Of a stretch of 64,000 nucleotides of DNA, positions 1 to 9,208 are shown in pieces. Every line of letters starts with the position of its first letter. Position 1 is the stretch's first letter. This DNA is from a virus, in the IMG/VR virus record IMGVR_UViG_3300037258_000301, positions 1 through 64,000 of that record; one strand, written 5' to 3'. Below the pieces are notes generated by a model. That model was not told where the DNA came from, did not search any database, and saw nothing but the letters and a program-made list of their open reading frames with translations. The translations under genes were made by a program, and so were the position numbers.

Positions 1-2
1 GT

Positions 3-182
3 ATCGGGCCTGTGGCGGCCGGAAGACTCGCCGAGGACTTCCGGGCCCACCGAGAGGAATACGTCGCCACCCAGGCGGCTAGGCCAGCGTCTGAGTGGCG
101 AGCCGCGTGCGTGTCCTACTACGACGACTACACCCGACTCTGTGAGATCGCCACCGACGGTGGACTGATCGACTTCTGCTGA
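3..182 (+). CDS. 3' end of hypothetical phage protein (partial)
   Basis: Open frame from window edge ending ...DGGLIDFC* at 182. Confidence 0.6.
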   Translation: MGPVAAGRLAEDFRAHREEYVATQAARPASEWRAACVSYYDDYTRLCEIATDGGLIDFC

Positions 183-273
183 CCCTGGGCCGACCGAGGG
201 ATCCGTGCGTTACTGAGCCAGTCAGCACGACCGCGTTCCTGGAATCGCGTCACTCTCCTGAAGGAGTATCACC

Positions 274-609
274 ATGTCGTCCCTATCCGATCGTTCGATC
301 TATCTGAGCCGTGCCGCTGCGGGGTTGGATACCGAACCCATCGACGTGATCACCACCGCTACCTACCACTCCATGGAGGTGCTCAACCAGTTTCTGTACA
401 CCGGCCTGGTCGAGGCCAAGGGGTGCGTGAGTCGTATCGCCAACCCGGATCAGGACCCGGGTTGGGACTGCCTGATCGTCATTGACACCAAGGCCGTGGC
501 GTTGCGCAAGAGGTTCATGGACCTGATCCCGGAGATCGATGCCCTTCGGGGCATGATGGCCGATCTGGGCAGCCAGCTTGATGAGCAGGCCAGCGAGCTG
601 GACTCATGA
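274..609 (+). CDS. hypothetical helical protein
   Basis: AAGGAG RBS; overlaps next gene (ATGA). Confidence 0.75.
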   Translation: MSSLSDRSIYLSRAAAGLDTEPIDVITTATYHSMEVLNQFLYTGLVEAKGCVSRIANPDQDPGWDCLIVIDTKAVALRKRFMDLIPEIDALRGMMADLGSQLDEQASELDS

Positions 610-848
610 GCACCCGCGAGACCATCGAGCACTACCAGCAGACCATCGCGCTGTTGGAGTCGGCGCACCTCATCTCGATGACGACCAATCTGGCCTTGGC
701 TCTGGAGCAGCTGACACAGACCGAGGATGATCCCCTCACGTTCACAAGGCTGCTGGGTGAAGTGAAGGCCAACCTGGAATCGAGCCAAGCTGAAATCATG
801 GGGATCGTGCGACTCATCCAAGATCGCGTCGACTACCTGAGGTCCTGA
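606..848 (+). CDS. small amphipathic helical-hairpin protein
   Basis: 80 aa, heptad pattern, coupled overlaps. Confidence 0.75.
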   Translation: MSTRETIEHYQQTIALLESAHLISMTTNLALALEQLTQTEDDPLTFTRLLGEVKANLESSQAEIMGIVRLIQDRVDYLRS

Positions 849-1111
849 TGGGTGAGATCGATCAGGCCATCCAGCTGCTGAAGGCGGCCGATGCCGACCT
901 CAGTGCCGACGCGGTCATCAGCCTCTCCTACCAGGTGTCGAGCGCGGTGGCCTGTCTGCACCAGGTCGGATCTCAAGGCAACGCGCTGGGGATCGCCGAG
1001 ACTCTGGGCAGTGTCGAAGTCCAGTTACAGCAGATCGCCGCGACCATCGGTAACCAGAAGATGGAGATCCAGAGCATGGTGCTCTGGCTGCAACGCTTGG
1101 GTGGATCCTGA
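848..1111 (+). CDS. small amphipathic helical-hairpin protein
   Basis: 87 aa, TGATG overlap. Confidence 0.75.
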   Translation: MGEIDQAIQLLKAADADLSADAVISLSYQVSSAVACLHQVGSQGNALGIAETLGSVEVQLQQIAATIGNQKMEIQSMVLWLQRLGGS

Positions 1112-1290
1112 TGGACGACGGCCCCCTTGGCCCGCACTGGTGGGATGAGTTCAATACCCCCACCCCCACACGTCAGCCGGTCGCCCGGACCCCGCGACCG
1201 CGCTGGCCACTCATTCTTGGCAGCCTGCTGCTGATCGGCCTGACCGTGTTGATCAGCTACCCCTCGTTCCCTCCCCTGACAGGAAACTGA
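1111..1290 (+). CDS. small membrane protein
   Basis: 59 aa read by hand (MDDGPLG...PLILGSLLLIGLTVLISYP...GN*), TGATG overlap. Confidence 0.55.
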   Translation: MDDGPLGPHWWDEFNTPTPTRQPVARTPRPRWPLILGSLLLIGLTVLISYPSFPPLTGN

Positions 1291-1292
1291 TC

Positions 1293-1487
1293 ATGAGTAG
1301 GTTCACTCCCCTGGAGCAGGAGTTGGCCACCGAAGCCCTGGAGCTTCTCCTGGCCGACGGCACTTCCGAATACCGCGCCATGGAACTCATCTACGGGGCC
1401 GTGCTGGCCTGGAAGAAGGGCACTATCAAGCGCGACCCCGTGCAGTTCGCGCACCATCTCATCTCGCTACGGAAGGCAACTCGATGA
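1293..1487 (+). CDS. hypothetical protein
   Basis: TGATCATG junction. Confidence 0.7.
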   Translation: MSRFTPLEQELATEALELLLADGTSEYRAMELIYGAVLAWKKGTIKRDPVQFAHHLISLRKATR

Positions 1488-1711
1488 AACTCAATAAGTG
1501 CCCCGTGATTGTGAGCGATGCTCCCTCTGGGAACTCTCCCGAGCGTCGCATCATGGTGTCCTGCATCCAGCACGGACTCATCGACGATCACTACATGCCC
1601 CGCACCAACGGCTACATCGCCGCGATGAGAACCGCCCAAGAGCACGCCCTGACCGCACATGGCCTCGGCGACAACGGCGTCTGGAACGCGGTCCCGCAGG
1701 AGATGAGATGA
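1484..1711 (+). CDS. hypothetical protein
   Basis: ATGA overlaps on both sides. Confidence 0.65.
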   Translation: MKLNKCPVIVSDAPSGNSPERRIMVSCIQHGLIDDHYMPRTNGYIAAMRTAQEHALTAHGLGDNGVWNAVPQEMR

Positions 1712-1923
1712 GTCAGCACCCGCTCGACCCTACCCAGCGCTTACATCATCCCTGTATCAACGAGGGGTGCGCGATCCTGCTCGACGAGTCGGGTTACTGC
1801 TGTGACCTGTGTGAACGTGATGCCCCGACTGGGCAATCCTCCCTCTACCACACACGCTCGTGCCTGCTGCGCTCACAGGATCTGATCAGGGGTGCACGGG
1901 GAATCGTGATGACCAAGAACTGA
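1708..1923 (+). CDS. small Cys-rich protein
   Basis: ATGA overlap, AGGAG RBS, CxxxxC and CCxxC. Confidence 0.6.
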   Translation: MSQHPLDPTQRLHHPCINEGCAILLDESGYCCDLCERDAPTGQSSLYHTRSCLLRSQDLIRGARGIVMTKN

Positions 1924-1927
1924 CCCC

Positions 1928-1975
1928 TTGGCGGTGTCAGGGGCACGCGATACTCTTCTTCCTGTCACCAGCTCC
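1928..1975 (+). promoter_or_regulatory. repeated early promoter (TTGGCG-N17-TACTCT...GTCACC)
   Basis: One of five near-identical intergenic copies. Confidence 0.8.
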
Positions 1976-1993
1976 ACACCACCGGAGGTCTTC

Positions 1994-2320
1994 ATGACCC
2001 AGCTCATCGTCACCGACGGCCAGATCTTCTCCTCCAACGGCGGCGACAGCGCCGAGCTGAAGCTGGCTGCTTCGGTGGCGGCCGTGGCCGCAGCGCTGTA
2101 CCGCGAGCCCACCGAGAGCTTCTTCATCGCCGACCACACCCACGAGGAGCTGCCCAAGGGCAGCGCGTTGGTGGCGTGGGAGGGCGGCGACTTCGATTAT
2201 GGCTGGACCGTCGACTTCACCGGCAACCAACCCGAAGCGCAGGAGATCGCTCGCTCGCTGGGGGTCTTCCTGGAGCCGATCAACAGCGTCATCCTCGGCA
2301 TCTACCCAGTGAAGGACTGA
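1994..2320 (+). CDS. hypothetical protein
   Basis: GGAGG RBS after promoter motif. Confidence 0.75.
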   Translation: MTQLIVTDGQIFSSNGGDSAELKLAASVAAVAAALYREPTESFFIADHTHEELPKGSALVAWEGGDFDYGWTVDFTGNQPEAQEIARSLGVFLEPINSVILGIYPVKD

Positions 2321-2325
2321 TCATC

Positions 2326-2589
2326 ATGGGCAATGTCATCCCCTCGCGTGATTTCACCAGTGGTATCTCCTACCAGGAGCTGGTCCAGCTCCGTCGCCTG
2401 ACCACGCTGAACCAGCTCACTTACGAGCTTGACCGTGTCACCGAGCAGGGCGCTACCTTCCGCATGACCGTGACTCCTCGTTACGGTACGCAGAAGCCCG
2501 CCGTCTACTGGGGAGTAGTTACCCCCGCGCACCCCGAGATTCGCATGGTCAACAGTCGCAAAATCGCTCGCACTGAGATCAGGGACTGA
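2326..2589 (+). CDS. hypothetical protein
   Basis: TGATCATCATG junction. Confidence 0.7.
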   Translation: MGNVIPSRDFTSGISYQELVQLRRLTTLNQLTYELDRVTEQGATFRMTVTPRYGTQKPAVYWGVVTPAHPEIRMVNSRKIARTEIRD

Positions 2590-2594
2590 TCGTC

Positions 2595-2789
2595 ATGAGC
2601 AAGGGCAGCAAGGCCACTTTCGGCTTCCAGGAGGGGCAGGACCACATCGTGGCGGCCCCGTCCCGGGCCCGGGTGGCTCACGTGCAGGGCCTGCGGACCT
2701 CATCGGCCGCCGGCACCCAAGACCACTCACCGCGTCGGCAGCGTTCCCGTGGGGCCGCTCGCCAGGCCGCCATCCGAGGGAGTTACTGA
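2595..2789 (+). CDS. small basic hypothetical protein
   Basis: TGATCGTCATG junction. Confidence 0.7.
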   Translation: MSKGSKATFGFQEGQDHIVAAPSRARVAHVQGLRTSSAAGTQDHSPRRQRSRGAARQAAIRGSY

Positions 2790-2791
2790 TC

Positions 2792-3067
2792 ATGAGCAAC
2801 CTCATCGCCCTGGAAGAGTACCGGCCCGCGTGGGAGATCGGCGGCATGCTGGTGCCAGGCAAGATCATCCAGATCGAGCGGGGCTGGCAGATCCGGATGG
2901 ACGACGGCTCTTGGGAGAGCGTCCACGCCGTCGAGGAGTGGTACGACACCGAAGGCACGCGTGATCCGGTGGTCGTCGTGGTCCTCGCCGATGGCACCCG
3001 CTGCGACCCCGTCTACTCCACCGACGTCATCATGTCCCGCCGCTACGCACCCGAACCGAAGGACTGA
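2792..3067 (+). CDS. hypothetical protein
   Basis: TGATCATG junction. Confidence 0.75.
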   Translation: MSNLIALEEYRPAWEIGGMLVPGKIIQIERGWQIRMDDGSWESVHAVEEWYDTEGTRDPVVVVVLADGTRCDPVYSTDVIMSRRYAPEPKD

Positions 3068-3069
3068 TC

Positions 3070-3336
3070 ATGACCGACCTGACCAAGCCCGTCTCCCTGA
3101 ACATCCCCGACGAGGCACTGGAGCTGATCATCGAACTGGACGCCGTCGAGGCGGGTATCCGGCTTGCCATCGCGGCCGAACTGGACCGGCTCGCCGATGA
3201 ATGGGGACCCAAGCCCCTCCCCGCCAACGTCACGCTCATCCCCGGATCCGCCCTGGATCTTCAGCGTGAGACGAACTGGACTTGTGCGGTTCGTCTTCGT
3301 GGACGTGCGCGAGAACTGCGAGGCGAATCATCGTGA
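3070..3336 (+). CDS. hypothetical protein
   Basis: TGATCATG junction. Confidence 0.75.
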   Translation: MTDLTKPVSLNIPDEALELIIELDAVEAGIRLAIAAELDRLADEWGPKPLPANVTLIPGSALDLQRETNWTCAVRLRGRARELRGESS

Positions 3337-3599
3337 CCACCTACATCAACGTCGGCGCCAAGAACCGTGACGGCGTCCGCTACGCCAGCAAGAAGGCTCT
3401 CCGGACCGCGCTGGCCGAGGATCCCTCCGAGGTGTTGTTCGACCGCACCAGCTACCTCCAGGATCACCTGCCGGCCGTGTTCTGCGGTGATGCCCTGCCC
3501 GACGGCGCCACCCTGGTAGTGGCCGGGCCCGACCCCTACGAGAAGCGCAACTGGTTCGCCAACGTCGTGCAGACCGCCAGCGGAACGAAGGTGACCTGA
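3333..3599 (+). CDS. hypothetical phage protein
   Basis: GTGA overlap; GPDPYEKRNWFA motif. Confidence 0.7.
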   Translation: MTTYINVGAKNRDGVRYASKKALRTALAEDPSEVLFDRTSYLQDHLPAVFCGDALPDGATLVVAGPDPYEKRNWFANVVQTASGTKVT

Positions 3600-3865
3600 T
3601 GGCCACGACCGAGACCGCAGAGGAGTACTGGGATCGGGTAGGTCACAAGTCCCGTTGTGAACGGTGGGGTGATGAGGACGGCACTTGGGACTGCACCTGC
3701 GGTACTCCGCCTTCGCCGTCGACCAAGGTTCCCGGCCTCGACCTCAAGATGCTGGCCTACGACCTGACCGAGGTGCTGTCCAACGAGCATCGGATCGACG
3801 TCGCCTCCCAGGACGTGCTGCGGGCGCTTCCCGCGTTCCTGACCGCCCTCGGCGTGGAGGGCTGA
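3599..3865 (+). CDS. hypothetical protein
   Basis: TGATG overlap. Confidence 0.7.
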   Translation: MATTETAEEYWDRVGHKSRCERWGDEDGTWDCTCGTPPSPSTKVPGLDLKMLAYDLTEVLSNEHRIDVASQDVLRALPAFLTALGVEG

Positions 3866-3870
3866 TCATC

Positions 3871-4305
3871 ATGCCTTTAAAGGACTACACAACCACGGTG
3901 GCCGTCTCGAAGACCCTGACGGAGATCTCGAAGCACCTCGTCCGGGTCGGTGCCCGAGGTGTCAGCCAGGAGTACGACAGCCGAGGACACCTGATCGGTC
4001 TGGGGTTCGCCATCCAGCTCGGTCCGGAGATCCTGCACTACCAGCTGCCCGTTCGTACCGGCGCGGTGCACGACGTCCTGAAGCGTCAGCGGGTCGGGAC
4101 GCGCTATCTCACGCCCGAGCATGTGGAGCGGGTGGCGTGGCGCATCCTCGGCGACTGGATGGCCGCGCAGGCTGCGATCATCGAAACCGAGATGGTGACT
4201 CTGCCGCAGATCATGCTGCCGTACCAGATGGTCGAGCCCGGCACCACCATCTACGACAAATGGGAAATCCAGCACAACAAGATTCTGGAAGCGGGAGCGT
4301 CATGA
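3871..4305 (+). CDS. conserved-looking phage hypothetical protein
   Basis: YTT...RVAWRIL.DW...MLPY pattern seen in a common phage family. Confidence 0.75.
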   Translation: MPLKDYTTTVAVSKTLTEISKHLVRVGARGVSQEYDSRGHLIGLGFAIQLGPEILHYQLPVRTGAVHDVLKRQRVGTRYLTPEHVERVAWRILGDWMAAQAAIIETEMVTLPQIMLPYQMVEPGTTIYDKWEIQHNKILEAGAS

Positions 4306-4478
4306 GCTTCTACCACGACGATGAGGATGACACCTGGGAACGCGACACCCGCAACCGCGTCACGCTGATCAAGACGGCCGACGGCAGCATGATCGGCGAC
4401 CCCGAGTACACCGATGTTCCCTTCGCCGACGCCGCGCGCTTCTACGGCCTGGTGAAGTGCACCGTGGAGGACTCATGA
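4302..4478 (+). CDS. hypothetical protein
   Basis: ATGA overlaps. Confidence 0.6.
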   Translation: MSFYHDDEDDTWERDTRNRVTLIKTADGSMIGDPEYTDVPFADAARFYGLVKCTVEDS

Positions 4479-4672
4479 GCGCACGCGAATACGTCACGTT
4501 GCCGGTGTACATCGAGACCCGGACGGAGAGTCTCATCAACGAGGTCCAGATCCCCAAGGCCGAGTGGGACGCCATGACGCACGAGCAGCGCGAGAGGTGG
4601 GCCGAGGACGCAGCCGAAGCGACCTTTCGCAGCGTGTGTAGCTACGGCTACGACATCGGCGAGGTGAGGTGA
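4475..4672 (+). CDS. hypothetical protein
   Basis: GGAGG RBS, ATGA overlap. Confidence 0.7.
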   Translation: MSAREYVTLPVYIETRTESLINEVQIPKAEWDAMTHEQRERWAEDAAEATFRSVCSYGYDIGEVR

Positions 4673-4738
4673 TGAGCGACGTGCCCTTCCCCGATCGGGA
4701 GTGCTTCTTCCGGTGGGCCCCGGCCGAGGCGCATTCAT

Positions 4739-4772
4739 CCTCATTCGACTCCTCATTCGACTCCTCATTCGA
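4739..4772. repeat. 12-bp tandem repeat CCTCATTCGACT, about 2.8 copies
   Basis: Read directly. Confidence 0.9.
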
Positions 4773-4780
4773 TCGGAGAA

Positions 4781-5071
4781 ATGACCATGAGCGACGGAAG
4801 ATACATGAAGTGGCACCCTGCCCCGAGAGGCCAGATTATGACTGACGAGGAGATATTCGCGGAGCACGTCGGCAAAACTGGTGACTCGTCTCTGCGCCTG
4901 TGCCCGGCCCGGACGGTCACCGTGGAGTACCCGAACCTTCCATTCGCTCGTACCGAGCACTGGAGGTGCGATCGCTGGGATGAGCACGACGACGAGTCGC
5001 ACGTCTGGAAGCGCACCCGCGCCCCCGAGAGTTCTGTGGGTGAGGTGCCGCAGGAGGTGCTGGGGTCATGA
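4781..5071 (+). CDS. hypothetical protein (start uncertain)
   Basis: ORF track; overlaps next gene. Confidence 0.55.
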   Translation: MTMSDGRYMKWHPAPRGQIMTDEEIFAEHVGKTGDSSLRLCPARTVTVEYPNLPFARTEHWRCDRWDEHDDESHVWKRTRAPESSVGEVPQEVLGS

Positions 5072-5373
5072 GCACCTCGCGGGAATTCATCGACGAACTG
5101 GCCAGTCAGTGTGGTTGGCACGGCATCGGTGAGGTGGGGCGCGGTCCCGTGGAGTATCGGCGGGAGCGTCCTGCCTCGGATGGCCGTAATGAACGGCTCT
5201 ACGTTTGGTTCAGTGTTCACGGCAACGTGCTGCATGCCCGCTACTTCCCGCAGCTCTACTCGCACACCGAAATCGACGTGCCCCACCAGGCCCGCGACGT
5301 CGTGATCGCCTGGTTGCAGCTTCCGGCAACGGCCACCGTGTCGCAGCACCGCGCTGCCGCAGACCCCAGCTGA
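5068..5373 (+). CDS. hypothetical protein
   Basis: ATGA overlap. Confidence 0.65.
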   Translation: MSTSREFIDELASQCGWHGIGEVGRGPVEYRRERPASDGRNERLYVWFSVHGNVLHARYFPQLYSHTEIDVPHQARDVVIAWLQLPATATVSQHRAAADPS

Positions 5374-5396
5374 TCGATCATTCTGAGAGGTACCTG

Positions 5397-5630
5397 ATGA
5401 CACGGAAGATCCTCCTCATCGCTCTCGTGTGGCTGGGCGTGTGTCTGGTCCCCATTGTGCTGTTCTCCCTCTTCGTGCCAGCGCCGTGGAATGACTTCGC
5501 GGCAGACTTCGGAATGGCAGTGGGAGGGGCAGCCATGATCATTACGTTGCAGATCAAGCCGATCGATGAGTGGAGGCGTAGCCCCTCCACGGCGCCGAGG
5601 GGACGGGCATGGCTCAAGTCTGGTCGGTGA
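5397..5630 (+). CDS. small two-TM membrane protein
   Basis: GAGG RBS, two hydrophobic segments. Confidence 0.7.
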   Translation: MTRKILLIALVWLGVCLVPIVLFSLFVPAPWNDFAADFGMAVGGAAMIITLQIKPIDEWRRSPSTAPRGRAWLKSGR

Positions 5631-5885
5631 CTGTCGGGGTGGCTCTGCGCCGGCCACCCGTCATCGACGAGTACCGGCACACCCAGGTCTGGGCCGAGAC
5701 CGGCACCGAAGCGGAACTGATCGCCTGTCAGGTGGCCGCGTGCACCTGCGTGATGCCGGTCTTCTCGATCGTCGAGATCTAGGAAGGAGGAGCGCTCATG
5801 AACAAAGACGAGTGGCTCACCGACTCCCGCGAGGGCTGAGTGCCCCACAGAGCGCCGTAACGGCCTCTGTCTGATAGATGAGACC

Positions 5886-5946
5886 CGAAGCCCCGTTCGA
5901 CCTCCAGGTGTGTCTCTGAGAGGTCGGACGGGGCTTCGTCTGTTTG
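5886..5946 (+). terminator. long hairpin, probable terminator
   Basis: CGAAGCCCCGTTCGACCTC...GAGGTCGGACGGGGCTTCG then TCTGTTT. Confidence 0.7.
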
Positions 5947-6198
5947 CGCCTGACTCTCCATCGCCCCGGAATCACGTCGATATCCAGCCAGAGCAAGATC
6001 ATCAGGAAAAAGTTATACGGATAGTGATAATCCCTGATCAGAGGCCGAATTTTGCCCGTCCTCATCCCGGGGGAAAGTGGCTATTTTACGGCCATTTTCA
6101 CGATCAACATAACACTCTGTGATGGATGGCTTTCGTCGTGAATCTACGCTTGCCAGCTCGCGCCGCAAGCGTACTCATGAGCGCAAGCCGAACGATCC

Positions 6199-6246
6199 TT
6201 GGTGGACTCAGGGCATCGCGGTACTCTTCCTTTTGTCACCAGCTCC
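6199..6246 (+). promoter_or_regulatory. repeated early promoter (TTGGTG-N17-TACTCT...GTCACC)
   Basis: Copy of motif. Confidence 0.8.
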
Positions 6247-6264
6247 ACCCCTTCGGAGGGCGTC

Positions 6265-6441
6265 ATGCGCACCATCGTCTTCACCACCCAGGCCATCACT
6301 CGGGCCGCCGAGCAGGCACCCGAGGGTCTGACCGTGACCGGTATTCGCGACACCACCGACTACGCCGACCTCGTCCGCCGGGCACTGGCTACCGGTCGGC
6401 CCTCCGCATGGAACCGCAACAACTACCCCGGAACGGACTGA
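6265..6441 (+). CDS. hypothetical protein
   Basis: GGAGG RBS after promoter. Confidence 0.7.
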   Translation: MRTIVFTTQAITRAAEQAPEGLTVTGIRDTTDYADLVRRALATGRPSAWNRNNYPGTD

Positions 6442-6443
6442 TC

Positions 6444-6692
6444 ATGAGCGACGGCGATCCGCTCCAGTGGAACCCGAGCATGCCCTACGTGCGCGGCCTC
6501 AACGACATGATCGATCAGACGATCTACTGGAACGAGCACCTCGGGGACTATGTCTGGTTCGGCAAGGCACGCAAGACCCGGTGGCAGCTGATCGCAGTGA
6601 ACGCCGACGGCACGTTGTTCATCGCCGCGAGCTTGGACGCCAAGCGATTCCATGCCAACCCCAACAACTGCACCCTCTGCGGAACGGATTGA
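6444..6692 (+). CDS. hypothetical protein
   Basis: TGATCATG junction. Confidence 0.7.
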   Translation: MSDGDPLQWNPSMPYVRGLNDMIDQTIYWNEHLGDYVWFGKARKTRWQLIAVNADGTLFIAASLDAKRFHANPNNCTLCGTD

Positions 6693-6694
6693 TC

Positions 6695-6901
6695 ATGATT
6701 GCCGTCGGAGACACAGTCCTCACCCGGACCGGCAAACTACGAATCGTCACCAGCGTCTGGAAGGCCACCGATCCCGCAAAGGTAGGCGGAGTCCATATCC
6801 GCCGAGACTGTGCCGATACTCGCGCACTGCGCGATGGTAAGCCGTTCGGGTCCACCCGCACCTACGCCCTCACTGAACTGACCGCAGTGGAGGAATTCTG
6901 A
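6695..6901 (+). CDS. hypothetical protein
   Basis: TGATCATG junction. Confidence 0.7.
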   Translation: MIAVGDTVLTRTGKLRIVTSVWKATDPAKVGGVHIRRDCADTRALRDGKPFGSTRTYALTELTAVEEF

Positions 6902-6903
6902 TC

Positions 6904-7068
6904 ATGAAGTACCGCATCACCGTCACCCTTGCCGACAGCGCGGACGAAGAAGCGGCCCTGGCCGTTCGCGACGAGATTACGAACATCGACGGCGTGACGT
7001 CATCCCACATCGACTGCCTGCACGGTCCCGGTGACCTGTGCGAATACTGCGACGAGTTTGGACTCTGA
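6904..7068 (+). CDS. small hypothetical protein
   Basis: TGATCATG junctions on both sides. Confidence 0.65.
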   Translation: MKYRITVTLADSADEEAALAVRDEITNIDGVTSSHIDCLHGPGDLCEYCDEFGL

Positions 7069-7070
7069 TC

Positions 7071-7235
7071 ATGCCTAACCACCAGTTCCGTCTTCGGAGC
7101 CACCTGAGCGGCTTCGACCACGTCATCGACTCGGGCATCTCCGAGGACGAGTGGCGTGCGATGTCCGAATACGAGAAGGCGGACGAACGCAACCAGACCC
7201 TGTGGGCATGCGTCGACGTTGTGGATGAGGACTGA
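7071..7235 (+). CDS. small hypothetical protein
   Basis: TGATCATG junctions on both sides. Confidence 0.65.
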   Translation: MPNHQFRLRSHLSGFDHVIDSGISEDEWRAMSEYEKADERNQTLWACVDVVDED

Positions 7236-7237
7236 TC

Positions 7238-7465
7238 ATGACTCTGATCGAAGCCATACATGTGGTCGTCGACGACATTCGCGCCGAGGAGTTCGACCGT
7301 ATCTGGACGTTTGCCGATGCGATCGAGTCGACCCGTCAAGGCTTGACTCTTGACAGCTTCGACGACGAGGACGAGGACCTCTACGGGCCCGGCGTTGTCG
7401 ACGCCTACCGCCTCGTCCTGTCCGCCACCGACGTCGAGATCTCTCAGGCATTGGAGCAGCTGTGA
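7238..7465 (+). CDS. acidic hypothetical protein
   Basis: TGATCATG junction. Confidence 0.7.
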   Translation: MTLIEAIHVVVDDIRAEEFDRIWTFADAIESTRQGLTLDSFDDEDEDLYGPGVVDAYRLVLSATDVEISQALEQL

Positions 7466-7911
7466 TCACCCGCGTGTTCGTCGATCCGAGGGCCAACTTC
7501 GGCACCGGTGTCGTCATCATTGAGGTCGACAATGGCGACGGAGACCTGTTCAGCGTGAACGAGTCCGGCATCCTGACCGACGTCCCGGTCCTGGAGTCCG
7601 CCACCGCCGTGGCCGTCTACCAAACCCTGATGTCCCAGAGCGCACCCGAGCTGCCCAGTGGCTACTCCTGGCAGTTCATCAGCTCGGACGGCCGCGACAT
7701 CACCCCGGACGTCTATGCCGTGTACGACGCCAGGTCGGCCCGGCTGTGGCGCGAGAACGGGGACCTGGTGGCCGAGGTGAGTCGGACAGGTCCCGACGAA
7801 TCCTGGTGTGGTCAGGTCAAGCCCGGCACCACCAAAATCTTCTACTCACTCGATGACCTGGTCGCCGAGGCCAGGAACCTGAACTACCTCACGGAGGGCC
7901 TTGATGACTGA
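7462..7911 (+). CDS. hypothetical protein
   Basis: GTGA overlap. Confidence 0.7.
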   Translation: MITRVFVDPRANFGTGVVIIEVDNGDGDLFSVNESGILTDVPVLESATAVAVYQTLMSQSAPELPSGYSWQFISSDGRDITPDVYAVYDARSARLWRENGDLVAEVSRTGPDESWCGQVKPGTTKIFYSLDDLVAEARNLNYLTEGLDD

Positions 7912-8039
7912 CCTGAACGACTTTGTGGCCGCCGACTATGCGGCGCTGTGTGAGGGCTGCGGCTCCTTGTTCGATGAAGATCTGCTCGACGAATTCGGCT
8001 ACTGCGAGGACTGCGCAGAGACCCAGGAAGAGGATTCCG

Positions 8040-8717
8040 ATGACTGACCTGACCGAGCACCAGCTGCTCAACGCCGCCAAGGAAGCACTGGAGCGTCCCT
8101 CCTACTTCGGCTACTACGGTGACCTGCCCCTGTTCGAGACATGGGGTCTGACCTTCACGCAGAACCGCGACTCCGACGCACAGGACCGCAGCAACTACCG
8201 GCGGATCTTCGAGGATCTCAAGAAGTACGCCGCCGAACACGAGGGACGGATGTTCAATGCCGACCCGGATGACTACGTGCAGGACTACCGGTCCAGCCAC
8301 TGGATGCACGGCTGGCAGGAACAGATCGTCGTGCGGGTGCTCAAGGATCTGGAGGGCCCGCTGGAGGTCGACAACCTCACCAAGACGTTCATCCGGGCCA
8401 CCGAGATCGCCATTGAGCTGCGCGACTGCTCGATCTACGACGAGGACGACCTGAACACGCTGGAGTCGGAAGAAGACGACGAGCGCTTCGAGCAGGCGTG
8501 GGGCGACATGCTGCGCCGGTGGGATGACGACGAAGGCCCTGAACCCACCGAGGACGAGAAGTGGGCCGTGAGTCAGAAGCTGCACGAGTCCGAGGATCCG
8601 GAGGGTTACGACCCCGACGAGCTGTCCGAGGTACTCAAGAGCCTGCGCCCGGCCTTGGAGAGCGCCAACCAGCGCATCGTCGATGACCCCCACCAGCTCG
8701 ACCTGTTCCGGAACTGA
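8040..8717 (+). CDS. acidic phage hypothetical protein
   Basis: GAGG RBS; NRDSD..DRSNY and HWxHGW motifs. Confidence 0.75.
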   Translation: MTDLTEHQLLNAAKEALERPSYFGYYGDLPLFETWGLTFTQNRDSDAQDRSNYRRIFEDLKKYAAEHEGRMFNADPDDYVQDYRSSHWMHGWQEQIVVRVLKDLEGPLEVDNLTKTFIRATEIAIELRDCSIYDEDDLNTLESEEDDERFEQAWGDMLRRWDDDEGPEPTEDEKWAVSQKLHESEDPEGYDPDELSEVLKSLRPALESANQRIVDDPHQLDLFRN

Positions 8718-8726
8718 GGAGTGTCG

Positions 8727-8951
8727 ATGTTCGACTTGACGAAGCTGGACGTCCTGCACATCGAACTGCTGACCGTGGCCAGTCAAGAGGGGATGCTGCC
8801 GGCGAAGACCCTCGGCCCATTCCCGGATCAGTGGGCGGCCGTGGAGGACCTGCTCGACGAGGATCTCCTGACCGAGATCACCGATGCGGGGGGTGACGTG
8901 ACCGGCTGGCAGCTCACCCGCGCTGGACAGGCCGTGACCAATCAGCTCTGA
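8727..8951 (+). CDS. small protein, possible winged helix
   Basis: C-terminal WQLTRAG wing-like motif. Confidence 0.6.
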   Translation: MFDLTKLDVLHIELLTVASQEGMLPAKTLGPFPDQWAAVEDLLDEDLLTEITDAGGDVTGWQLTRAGQAVTNQL

Positions 8952-8954
8952 GGC

Positions 8955-9002
8955 TTGGTGGTGTCAGGGAGACGCGATACCGTTCTTCCTGTCACCCGCT
9001 CC
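8955..9002 (+). promoter_or_regulatory. repeated early promoter (TTGGTG-N17-TACCGT...GTCACC)
   Basis: Copy of motif. Confidence 0.8.
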
Positions 9003-9022
9003 CCCATCTTCTGGAGAACATC

Positions 9023-9208
9023 ATGACTCGCAGGATTACCCCTCTCGACGAGCTGTACGCGATCCAGCAGCGTGATCCCGACGGTGGCGAGGTCGAGCCC
9101 ACCGAGGAGGACTACCGCCAGTTCCGCGTGTGGATCGTGGCGAACTACGGCATCGATGCCATGCACGACTACCTCGACGGCAACTGGGCCCCCGAACCTG
9201 AGGTGTAG
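9023..9208 (+). CDS. hypothetical protein
   Basis: GGAG RBS after promoter. Confidence 0.7.
   Translation: MTRRITPLDELYAIQQRDPDGGEVEPTEEDYRQFRVWIVANYGIDAMHDYLDGNWAPEPEV

Noticed and set aside
6095-6125. dif-like site (TTATGTTGAT on minus strand)
   Set aside because: Only a partial XerD-like arm; XerC arm does not match
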